Position numbers and translations under genes: made by a program. The notes under the pieces are model-generated. The model was not told the DNA's origin. It ran no database searches and saw nothing but the letters and a program-made list of their open reading frames with translations. DNA of 64,000 bases from positions 5,515-69,514 of IMG/VR virus record IMGVR_UViG_3300028388_002747. One strand, 5' to 3'. The DNA comes from a virus. Positions 10,245-20,100 of the stretch are shown here, in pieces. The first letter of the stretch is position 1, and each line of letters opens with the position of its first letter.

Positions 10245-11111
10245 ATGCCACAAACAGTAACCATAAGACTAACAAATGCTGGCCCAAGATTAGGCCCATT
10301 CACTATTAAAGATAACTTTGATAACATACTTGCTACAGATGTTTCCAGAGAAGACTTAAAAGATGGTATCGTATACTCTGTTGCGGATGAAGTTACTGTT
10401 ATTACTATATGTTCTACTGGTAGAGTGAAGCTTTGTAAAAACTTTTCTATACTACAATTTAATGTAATAGAATACATGGCTGCTGATTTTACTACTAGAA
10501 ACACTGCTTGTGCATGGACACATTTAAAAGATCCTACAATCTATAACACTTACTATGGAGTAGTAGAACCATATGTTATAGAGTATCCTTTTGCTTATGA
10601 ATTTCAAGATGAAATACTACGTAATGTAAAAGATCATACTAAAGTGTGGAAATACATACCTTTAACTAACACAGTGTTAAAAGATTATGCAAAGTATGAA
10701 TTAGATGATGCTTGGTTCAATAAAGCTATTTTATATAACAACCAACAAAATAGTGGCATATTAGAACTTATGCCTAAAACACGGAATAATTTATCTGCAT
10801 ACATGTCCTACCCACAATACAATTCAGAAAGCAAAGGAATTAAATGGACTAAGAGTGATAATTTCTATCAATACAATACATTCTGGAATGTTACAGTAGA
10901 TCAAACACAACCACAGTTTATTGAAGATTGTGAGAGCCTTTCTATTGATAAGCAGATCAATCAAGACAATATGGACTATAGTGTAAGATCAAGAAAAAAA
11001 GAACCTCTAAGAGCTAAAGAGTTAAAAATTAGACACATTTTAGACAATAGGGGAGACATAAAGCTTGTGAGTCAATTCATTGTGGCTCCTGCTCAAATCA
11101 GTTACAAGTGA
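10245..11111 (+). CDS. Separately encoded C-terminal part of the muzzle protein with an extra N-terminal beta domain
   Basis: 'WTHL..YNTYYG..PYVIEY..FNKAILYNNQQNSG..LRAKELKIRH' resembles the distal part of single-chain muzzle proteins. The first ~65 aa resemble the N-terminus of ORF 371..1450. Confidence 0.6.
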   Translation: MPQTVTIRLTNAGPRLGPFTIKDNFDNILATDVSREDLKDGIVYSVADEVTVITICSTGRVKLCKNFSILQFNVIEYMAADFTTRNTACAWTHLKDPTIYNTYYGVVEPYVIEYPFAYEFQDEILRNVKDHTKVWKYIPLTNTVLKDYAKYELDDAWFNKAILYNNQQNSGILELMPKTRNNLSAYMSYPQYNSESKGIKWTKSDNFYQYNTFWNVTVDQTQPQFIEDCESLSIDKQINQDNMDYSVRSRKKEPLRAKELKIRHILDNRGDIKLVSQFIVAPAQISYK

Positions 11112-11129
11112 ATGTAACATAAAAAATTA

Positions 11130-11161
11130 TTTGGGTTTATCCTATTTTATAAGTAATTTTA
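11130..11161 (+). promoter_or_regulatory. Bacteroidota-type sigma70 promoter candidate
   Basis: TTTG (11130-33), N20, TAATTTTA (11154-61) in the intergenic gap before the cargo gene. Confidence 0.5.
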
Positions 11162-11197
11162 AAAATTGGGAGCCCTGAATTTATAATATAAAAAATT

Positions 11198-14100
11198 ATG
11201 ATTGCTCAATTTTTAAAAGTAGGTGGTGTTTCAAATGAAGCAGACTTCTACAAAAAATATCCTACCAAAGCAAAGTTTATGGCTAAATGTGGAAAGAAGA
11301 TAAAAGCTTTCCCTGGTATCTCTGCATTACTTACAGGTGCTGGTGGGGCTGCTGCGGGCGGAGCTGCCACAGGAGCTGTTACTGGTGGTGCTGGGGCTGC
11401 TGGAGGTGGTTGGCTAAGTGGTTTACTAGGTGGTGGTAGTGGTAGTAGTGCTGCTGGGCAAGGTGGTGTTGGTGGAATGCTACAAGGTATAACTGGTGGT
11501 AACCCTATTGGTATGGCTATTGATATTTTTCAAGGGGCAAAAGCACAGAAAAATGCTGTAGCACAAGCAAGACAAACTGCTGATGTAATGGAGTTTATGC
11601 GTGATGCTAAATTTTCCAATGATAGAGATGAGCAAATTAATCTTCAAAGAAGTAGAATGGACAGCTATGTTCGTCCTGAAGATTATGCAATTACAGGTGA
11701 AGAATTATTTCCTATGTATGGAGTAGGTACAAATGTTCTTGCTAAAGAGGGGAAGACTATGAAATATCAAAGTGGAGGAGACCCTAAAAAGAAACAAACT
11801 CCTCATTTAAAACATGAACCTTATACTCATGCTCAATATATAAATAAACCTATTCCTTTAGGTAGAATGTCTGGATTTCAAGGATCTCCTGCTACTGCTA
11901 TGGTAGATACTACAGGATTAAGTAGAAATTATGATGGACAATCATATGTTCCTTATACTGTAAAATATAACTCAGGATTAGAATTATTTGATAAAATGTC
12001 TCCAGAGATGAGAGCTCAAGCTTTTGATAAATTCTACCCTTTAAGAAAAAACCCTATGACAGGAGAAAGAATACTAGATGCTCCTGCAGATTTTGAAGAA
12101 AAGAGAATACAAAGAATAAAAGAAAATCTTCCTGATGAGCGAGGTATGAATACTCGTGCTCAAGACAACACTACTGTTAGGATGCCTAAATTAAAAGCTA
12201 ATAATGGTCAATTTTTAGGTATGACAGGTGACCAATGGAAGGGGGCAGGTATGCAAGGATTGAACTCTGGTTTACAATTTGGTTTACAAAAAATGGGAGT
12301 AGGGGATGATTTAGGCTCAATGGTAGGAGGTAAAATTGGTGGTGCTGCTGGAAGTTTATTAGGGCCTGTTGGTGGTATGATAGGTGGTGCTTTAGGTAGT
12401 ACTGTTGGAGATTTAATTGATCGTTCTGATAGCAAAATAAAGAAAGCACAAGCTAGATCTAATAGAGCTATTGATCAAATGATAGGCCTTCAAATGGGTA
12501 AAAAAGTACATAGTAATTTCCAAGCTAACCTAAAAGATGGAGGTACTATGAAATATGGTATGGGGGGTCAAGTACAAACTTATGAAGATGGTGGTAGTTT
12601 AACTCCTATTTCATCTAACCCTTATGGTGGTGATATGCATATGATAAATGGCCCAAAGCATTCTCAAGGTGGAGTAGATATGAATGTTATGGGAACAGAG
12701 ATAGAAGCAGAAGGTGGAGAACCTATCCAACAAACAAGTGAAGGTGATATGGCTATTATGGGTAATTTAGAAGTTCCTTCTCACCTCAAAAAGTCAGCTC
12801 AAGCTTTCACTGGAGAAACTTTCTCTGGTAAAAAATTTAAAAATGTAATGGCTAGTATAGGAAAAGCTGAAAATAAAGTACAATCTAAAATAGATTCAGA
12901 TATTAATAAAGCTGAACAATACACTCCTGTAAATAAACTTGATAGAATTAGTTTAAACACTCTAAATATAAATTTAGAAAATAATGATACAAAACTAAAA
13001 AAACTTCAAGTAGTTAAAGATGGTATGGTTACAGCTCAAGAAGGAATTAATGAACTTGAAGGTAATGATGCTGTAGCTAAGTATGGAGCTAGATTCCCAA
13101 GTAAAAATAGAAAGAAAAAGAAAAAGAAATACAATACTGGTGGAGATCCTCTGGAAGATCTATTTATGATAAAAATGTTACCAGATGAAAATGTAAATAC
13201 TACCACTACACAAACTACAGATCCAGTAAAAGCTACTTCTAAAAGTTATAAAGGTATTCAGCCTGGAAGAGGTAATAATATTTATGGTAATGCTACTGCA
13301 GATAATATGGAGCATTTAGAACTTATGGCTAGTCAACAAGATTGGTTTAAAGACCAAAGTACTGATTTTAGTAAACCTGAAAATCTTCTTAATTTCCAAA
13401 AACTTTATAATGAAAATAATCCTAAATCAAAAAGACTAAGAGAAGATGGGTTATTTGGTAATCAGATGGCTAGTGTTGTTTTTTCTGTTGATGCAACAGG
13501 CGAACCTGCTAGTATGGTTCAACCAAAAATTACAGGAGATGTTGCTACTCCTGATATAATTCCTTTAAATACAGAAGAAAAAGAAGAAGAAACTAACCCA
13601 AATAATTTGAACTGGTTATCTGGACTTAATCAATTGTTTAGAGGTAGTAATGCTGAACCATTTGATAACAGACAATTGTTACCTGAAGCCTGGGCTATGG
13701 CTAACAATAAGCTTGAACCGGTGCAGGCTCAAAAATATAATCCTAGATTAAGAGTTCCTTATGATATTTCTTTGCAGGATCAGTTAAACCAAAACACTGC
13801 TAAAGCTAGACAAGCTGAAAGAATGGTTGCACAAATGGGCCCACAAGGAGCAGGAGCTCTGGCAGCTTTAAAAGCAGAAGAGTATATGGCAGATCAAAGA
13901 GTGTTAGGAGATCAGTTTAGACAAAATCAAGGATTTAAAGATCAGGTTTATAGTCAAAATCTACAAACTCTTAATGATGCTGATTTAAAAAACTTAGCTA
14001 TTGCTGATAAGCAATATGAACGTCAAGAAATGGCTAAGGCTTTAACTAAAGCTACAGATCAAAAAGCTATTACAAGTATGGTCGATAAAAGACTTAAACA

Positions 14101-14428
14101 TAATCTTGAAAATCAAACATTACGTGTGTTTGAAAATATGTATGATTATAGGTTTGATAAAGCTGGTAGAGCTTGGTATATGGGTGAGCCTGCTGACTTT
14201 ACTCAATGGACTAATATTGATCCAAGTCAAGAAACTGTTGACACAAAAACATATGATTATTTATATGATGCTCAAGGTAACCCTGTCCAAAAACGTGTTA
14301 AACAACAAGGAGTACCTACAAGAGAACTGAGAACTAGAAGAGGAAAAATACCACCATTAGCATATAATCCATTTAATGGAAATGCTAAAAATGGTATGCT
14401 AGTTAAAAAACTAAAAAAGTACAAATAA
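11198..14428 (+). CDS. Virion cargo/ejection protein 1 (Gly-rich, membrane-active)
   Basis: 1076 aa. Glycine-zipper segments, the GPKHSQGG..EAEGGE motif seen in crAss-like cargo proteins, and repeated AKxG/YxxGG motifs. First gene after the muzzle. Confidence 0.65.
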   Translation: MIAQFLKVGGVSNEADFYKKYPTKAKFMAKCGKKIKAFPGISALLTGAGGAAAGGAATGAVTGGAGAAGGGWLSGLLGGGSGSSAAGQGGVGGMLQGITGGNPIGMAIDIFQGAKAQKNAVAQARQTADVMEFMRDAKFSNDRDEQINLQRSRMDSYVRPEDYAITGEELFPMYGVGTNVLAKEGKTMKYQSGGDPKKKQTPHLKHEPYTHAQYINKPIPLGRMSGFQGSPATAMVDTTGLSRNYDGQSYVPYTVKYNSGLELFDKMSPEMRAQAFDKFYPLRKNPMTGERILDAPADFEEKRIQRIKENLPDERGMNTRAQDNTTVRMPKLKANNGQFLGMTGDQWKGAGMQGLNSGLQFGLQKMGVGDDLGSMVGGKIGGAAGSLLGPVGGMIGGALGSTVGDLIDRSDSKIKKAQARSNRAIDQMIGLQMGKKVHSNFQANLKDGGTMKYGMGGQVQTYEDGGSLTPISSNPYGGDMHMINGPKHSQGGVDMNVMGTEIEAEGGEPIQQTSEGDMAIMGNLEVPSHLKKSAQAFTGETFSGKKFKNVMASIGKAENKVQSKIDSDINKAEQYTPVNKLDRISLNTLNINLENNDTKLKKLQVVKDGMVTAQEGINELEGNDAVAKYGARFPSKNRKKKKKKYNTGGDPLEDLFMIKMLPDENVNTTTTQTTDPVKATSKSYKGIQPGRGNNIYGNATADNMEHLELMASQQDWFKDQSTDFSKPENLLNFQKLYNENNPKSKRLREDGLFGNQMASVVFSVDATGEPASMVQPKITGDVATPDIIPLNTEEKEEETNPNNLNWLSGLNQLFRGSNAEPFDNRQLLPEAWAMANNKLEPVQAQKYNPRLRVPYDISLQDQLNQNTAKARQAERMVAQMGPQGAGALAALKAEEYMADQRVLGDQFRQNQGFKDQVYSQNLQTLNDADLKNLAIADKQYERQEMAKALTKATDQKAITSMVDKRLKHNLENQTLRVFENMYDYRFDKAGRAWYMGEPADFTQWTNIDPSQETVDTKTYDYLYDAQGNPVQKRVKQQGVPTRELRTRRGKIPPLAYNPFNGNAKNGMLVKKLKKYK

Positions 14429-14431
14429 GAC

Positions 14432-17191
14432 ATGGCTGGGTTTAAAGATATAATTCCTGAATTTAATCCATATGTAGCTCAACAACCTGTTGAGGCTATG
14501 GTGCAAGTAGGAATGATGAAACAAAAACAATACGATGCTAATCTTCAAAAGATTCAGCAAAGTATGTCTAATATAGCTGGGTTAGCTATTGCTAGAGATG
14601 TTGATAAACAATATCTAAATAATAAAATGAATGATATGAGCAGCCAGCTTAGTGTGTTTGCTGGTAGTGATTTGTCTAGTAATAGGCTTACAGGCCAACT
14701 TAAAGGTATGGTTGATAATATGGCTAATGATGAAATAGTTCGTAATGCTGTTGCATCTACACAACGTTATCAACAACAAATGGCTTTTATAGATAAGGAA
14801 AGACAAGATGGAAATCTTACTCCTGATAACTATTATCATTTTCAAAAACAAGCTAATGCTTGGTTTCAAGACCCTAATGAAGGAGCCTCTTTTAATGGCC
14901 AATATGTAAAACATTTTGATGTACTTGAATATACCAGGGAAGTATTTGATGACATAAAACCTGATGGAATGACATATGATGATGTTTTCTCTGGAGTAGA
15001 TGAAAATGGTGTTCCTACTCTTACAGCAGCTATGAAACGTATGAAGAAGGAAGGTATTATGCCTGAAAAAGCTAAAGCTGTTGTTGACCAAGTGTTTAAT
15101 GATCCAAGAGTTAGAACACAGTTACAAATATCTGGAGAATATAATTATAGAGGTTTTACTCCACAAATGCTACAACAAAATATTTTAGATCAAAAAGATG
15201 CATCAGTAAAACTAATTGACAAACAACTAGAACAATTAAAAATTAAAAAAGCTGCAGGGGCTAATGTTCAAAAAGATATAGATGCTCTTACTACACAAAG
15301 AGAAACTGTAATATCAAGAGCTAATAATTTTGCACAACAAGCTTTAGATAATCCTGATTCTGTAAGAGGTAATTTATACACAGAACAAACTAGATTGAAT
15401 TATACTAGAATGTTTACAAATGTAAATACTTCTGAAACTTTACATGATAATCCTGTATGGAAAGGTAACTGGGAAATTCAAAAAGAAGCTAATAGAAATG
15501 CTAGGCATAATGAAGAAATGCGATTAAAGAAAAATGCATTAGCATGGGATCAAAGAATGGATTTAGCAAATCTTGATATTGATAGAATGAAAATTGAAGC
15601 TGATAAAGCAAAAAGTGGTAGTGATGGTTTTGCTGGTTTAGCAGGTGATAAAGGAGTTCAATCACAAGAAAAAGGTAAATTTGATGTAGTAGCTTATCAA
15701 AGAAATATTTATAATAAAGCTCAACAACAGTATTCTAGTGCTACTAATAGAGTTTTGTATGAAGGCTTATTAAGACAAGATAACTATAGTAATGTACAGG
15801 ATTTATTAAATGCTAATCCTGAAATGACTGAAGACCAAGCTATTGCTAAAGTAATAGAACAAGAAGCTATAAAACAAGGTTACATAACTACTCAACAAAC
15901 ACCAAATGGTGAAATTGAGGTTGCAGACATACAAAGGTTTACTACAGAAAAAATATCTGAAGTAGAATCAACTTTATCTTCTAATCCTAATCTTTCTGAA
16001 CTAGAAACTCTTTATGATGATTATGATCAAAAGAAAAAGTATTTTCAGTCTGAAAAAGCAGAAATGGATGCTCAAACTAAATTATTTGAAGATGAACTTA
16101 AAGCAGTAGGAGTAGATGTACAAGAAGGAGAACTTTTTACTCATAATAATAAAGACTATTATTTTACTCCAGATGACTTAATTGATTTTGCTATGTGGAG
16201 AGAAAACAGAGGATTATTAGTTCAATCTTGGTTTTCTGATGATGCAGAAGAAAAAATGAAGTTAGCAGATAAAGCTAAAGAACGTTTATTACAGAAATAT
16301 CCTAAAGATGTAGTAGATAGAGTAGGGAATATGATGAAAGAAAAAACTGCTAATCGAACACCTAATTATGGTATTTTAGATGCTGAAGAAGGACTACAAA
16401 CAAAACTATGGACTTTAGAAAAACAAATGCGTGATGCTGATTTTACTGATGCTATAACAAATAGAAAACAAAGAATCATCAATCGTTATGGTAAAGATCC
16501 TAATAAAACTTTTACAATTTTTTCTGAAGATAACAAATTTAATGAAGCTCAAAGAAGAAGACTACAACAAATATCAGCAGCTTATTATGGTACAGAAGAT
16601 GATCCATTAAATGATTCAGACTCATTTGAAGAATTTACATCATTATTAGCAGACCAGGATAATGCAGATAAACTTGATTTAGTGTTAGATATGGCTACAG
16701 GAATAGATGGAGAAAAAGTAGCATATGTTCGTAACATTAAAGGAGATAAAGGTATGTATTTAAAATGGGAAGATGCTTTAATGCTCAAACCAGATTTAAA
16801 AGATCAATTTGCTCCAGAGAAAGTAAATCAGATACAAACATTTATGAGAAGTAATAATGGTAGCACTTCGCAAGGAGACCCACAAGAAGTATCTACTTAT
16901 AAAAATGGAGGAGGTTACTTTAATAACTTTAACTTCCCTGGAATGAGAGGATCTAAGTCTGTATTTGTACAAGGTAATTTAGTCCAAGATCGAGGTACTG
17001 GTAAAATAATTCCTTATCTTTACTATAATCAAGTAACACCAGGAGGTGAGTATCAAGGAGTTATTAAATTACAATCTGTAGATAATATAGGAACAGCTTT
17101 AAATTTATTTAATGATCCTTCAGTAATTAATCCTATTTCTGTATCACAGATGATGTTTGAAAGAGGATTAGGGCCACAAGAAGAAGAATAA
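14432..17191 (+). CDS. Virion cargo/ejection protein 2
   Basis: 919 aa, helical. N-terminal 'FNPYVAQQP..KQKQYD..GSDLS'. Lies between cargo 1 and the RNAP gene. Confidence 0.55.
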   Translation: MAGFKDIIPEFNPYVAQQPVEAMVQVGMMKQKQYDANLQKIQQSMSNIAGLAIARDVDKQYLNNKMNDMSSQLSVFAGSDLSSNRLTGQLKGMVDNMANDEIVRNAVASTQRYQQQMAFIDKERQDGNLTPDNYYHFQKQANAWFQDPNEGASFNGQYVKHFDVLEYTREVFDDIKPDGMTYDDVFSGVDENGVPTLTAAMKRMKKEGIMPEKAKAVVDQVFNDPRVRTQLQISGEYNYRGFTPQMLQQNILDQKDASVKLIDKQLEQLKIKKAAGANVQKDIDALTTQRETVISRANNFAQQALDNPDSVRGNLYTEQTRLNYTRMFTNVNTSETLHDNPVWKGNWEIQKEANRNARHNEEMRLKKNALAWDQRMDLANLDIDRMKIEADKAKSGSDGFAGLAGDKGVQSQEKGKFDVVAYQRNIYNKAQQQYSSATNRVLYEGLLRQDNYSNVQDLLNANPEMTEDQAIAKVIEQEAIKQGYITTQQTPNGEIEVADIQRFTTEKISEVESTLSSNPNLSELETLYDDYDQKKKYFQSEKAEMDAQTKLFEDELKAVGVDVQEGELFTHNNKDYYFTPDDLIDFAMWRENRGLLVQSWFSDDAEEKMKLADKAKERLLQKYPKDVVDRVGNMMKEKTANRTPNYGILDAEEGLQTKLWTLEKQMRDADFTDAITNRKQRIINRYGKDPNKTFTIFSEDNKFNEAQRRRLQQISAAYYGTEDDPLNDSDSFEEFTSLLADQDNADKLDLVLDMATGIDGEKVAYVRNIKGDKGMYLKWEDALMLKPDLKDQFAPEKVNQIQTFMRSNNGSTSQGDPQEVSTYKNGGGYFNNFNFPGMRGSKSVFVQGNLVQDRGTGKIIPYLYYNQVTPGGEYQGVIKLQSVDNIGTALNLFNDPSVINPISVSQMMFERGLGPQEEE

Positions 17192-17197
17192 TATATT

Positions 17198-20100
17198 ATG
17201 GGTAAGCAACAAAATAAACCAGGTATTCCAGTAGTTAAACCTATTTCGGATGCAGCATATCAACCTACACCTGACTTAGCACAACCAAATTTTAATGTAG
17301 ATGGTAGTCCAAGAAGTTTGGATGATTTGTGGAACGCAGGTATAGCTAGAAATAGAACTGACTATATAGAGCAACTACCTTTAAAAGATATGTATATAGG
17401 TGGAAGGTATAACAATACTATTCCAGGAACAGATTATGAGTCTACTCATGGTGCTCAACAGTCTGGTTTAGAACAAGCTTTTAATGGTGTTGTAAAAGGA
17501 GTTAATTTAGCAGGAACAACTGTTCTTGGTGGTTTCGGAACTTTATATGGTGTTGGTAAAGCTGTATTACCTGGAGGTAAGCTTTCTGATATATGGGATA
17601 ATGAAATAATGCAGAGTTTAGATGAGTGGAATAAAAAAGTAGATGAAGAGTGGTTACCTAATTATTATTCTGCTAAAGAAACTAATTCTAAATGGTATGA
17701 AACTGATAACTGGTTTACTACTAATTTTCTTTTTGATAAGTTAATTAAAAATAGTGGATTTGCTGTTGGTGCTATGATTAGTGGTAACATAGCTAATGCT
17801 GGTTTAATGAGAACTGGTACAGCTATAGCTAGTCAAGCTAGTAAATTAGAAAAACTAGCAAAAGCTAAAAAAGGATTTGAATCTTTTACTCCTTTATTAA
17901 GAAACACTTCAAGAGCTTTTAGTCAAGGTAAAAATATTGAAGCAGCCACTATACTTGAAAAAGAAATAACAAGCATGGCTGATTTGTCTTTAAGAGCAAA
18001 ATCTCTTTCAGAATTAGCTACACAAACAAATAAGTTTGTAAACCTATCTAATAACTTCCGTAGATCTGCTGTAGCTTTATATTCTTCTGCAGGAGAAGCA
18101 AACTTTGAAGCATTACAAAGTAGTAATGAATATAGAGAAAGTTTGATACAAGCTTATATTGATGCAAATGGAGTACACCCTACAGGAGAAGAATTAGCTG
18201 AAATAGATGGTAAAGTAAACAGATTAGGTGCAACAGCTTTTATAGGTAATATGGCTCTTTTAGGTGTTACAGAATGGTTTCAATTACCATACTTAATGGG
18301 TAGTACATACAGAACTACTAAGTCTGCAGCAAACAGATTTGTAAGAGAAACTGGTGAAATCACATTTGATGAAGCAGGAAAAGCTATGGCTAAGCCTAAA
18401 AATTGGGCAGAAAAAAGTTTTGGTAGACTTTATAAAGGCTCAAGATATATTATAGATCCAAAAGAAGCATTTCAAGAAATGGGTCAGTTTGCTTTACAAG
18501 TAGGTAGTGAAAACTATTATGATAAAGCCTATGAAACTGGAGAAGCTGATTGGTGGGTAGATGGTGTATTACATGGTTTCTTTGGAAGAGATAATGAAAC
18601 AGGAGAAGGTGTTGGTGCTTTTGTATCTAAAGAAGGTATAGAAGGTGGTATTATGGGTATGCTTACCGGTGGATTTATGCAAGGTAGACAAAAATATGTT
18701 GCTGATCGTACTAAAGCTACAAATACACAAAACTTTATTGAAGAGTTAAATAACTCTCCTACATTTAAAGATGCTTACAAACAAAAACTTAGAGATGCTA
18801 ATAGAGGTATTGCTCTAGCAGAATTACAAGAAGAAGCTATTAAACAAGGGAATGAGCTTGAAGCTAAAGATATTAGACATGATATGATGTTTAACTACAT
18901 GTACAATAAAATTAAGTACGGTAGAAAAGATCTTATTGCTGCAGATTTTGATATGATGATTAGCAAAGGTTCTACTACAGATGGATTAAATGAATTAAAA
19001 GAAGAAGGGTTTGCTAATATAGATGATACGATTACTACTTTTACAGAAAGAGCTAATCGTATGAAAGAGTTCATGAATAAGATTGAACTTATGGCAGGTA
19101 ATATAAATCAAGTTTATGCTGGTCAAGTAGTAACAGATTCAGAAGGAAATACTAAACCTGCTTATTCAGAAGCTGTTATAGAAAAGATGACTTATGCTGC
19201 TTCTAAAATAGCTGATTATGATGTTCGTATTCCTCAATTAGAAGCTAATTTAGGCAATAAAAATATTGTAAATACACAGAACATATTAGATAATCTTGAT
19301 AATGCTAAAGCATTAGATGAAGCTCGTATAGAAGAAGAAATTAAGATTGAGTCTGCTTTAGAAAATAGACAGGTTAGAAAAGATGAAGCATTAAAACTTG
19401 CAAAAGAGTTGGATGATTATGTAGAATTACAAGAAAGAAAAAAGTATTTCTACAATGAATACAATGATATGATTAGCAACCCTGCTAAGTATGATGTTCC
19501 AGAAGCTGATATACAAGTACCAACAGAACAAACACCTATCACTGTAACAACTAAGAATGGTGATAGAGAAGTTATGCTTGGTAAAGAGTACAGATTAGGT
19601 ACTGTTGTTAAATATGATAAAAATAATAAACAAGTATTTAGAGCTCCTACTCTTACAATTATAGAACAAAAAGAAGATGGTACATTAGTAGTACAAGATA
19701 CTAAAGGTAAAGTAAGTGAAGTTACTCCAGAACAATTAGAAGATTATGATTTAATTGATCCAGAGAAAACAACTAAAACTGAAAACTTTTTCTTGGCTCA
19801 CTGGAATGATGTATTTATACATCAAGGTATCAAACATACTAAAGGTAAAAGAAAAGGCAAACCTATTGAAGGAAGATTACAACTTACTAAAGATCACAAG
19901 GGTTTAAATTTTGTTTTTATAAATGATCAAGGAAAGAAAAAAGTTGTTCCATTAGAAAACTCTCACTTTATAGCAGACAAAGCTAAAGGGTTTACTATGC
20001 CTAGAGTTAGAAAAGTGGGGGAAGTAACTCCTGCACAACAAACAGCTACAAATGAATTGATTTCAGAATCAGGATTTACAGAAGATGTAGCTCCTCATAT

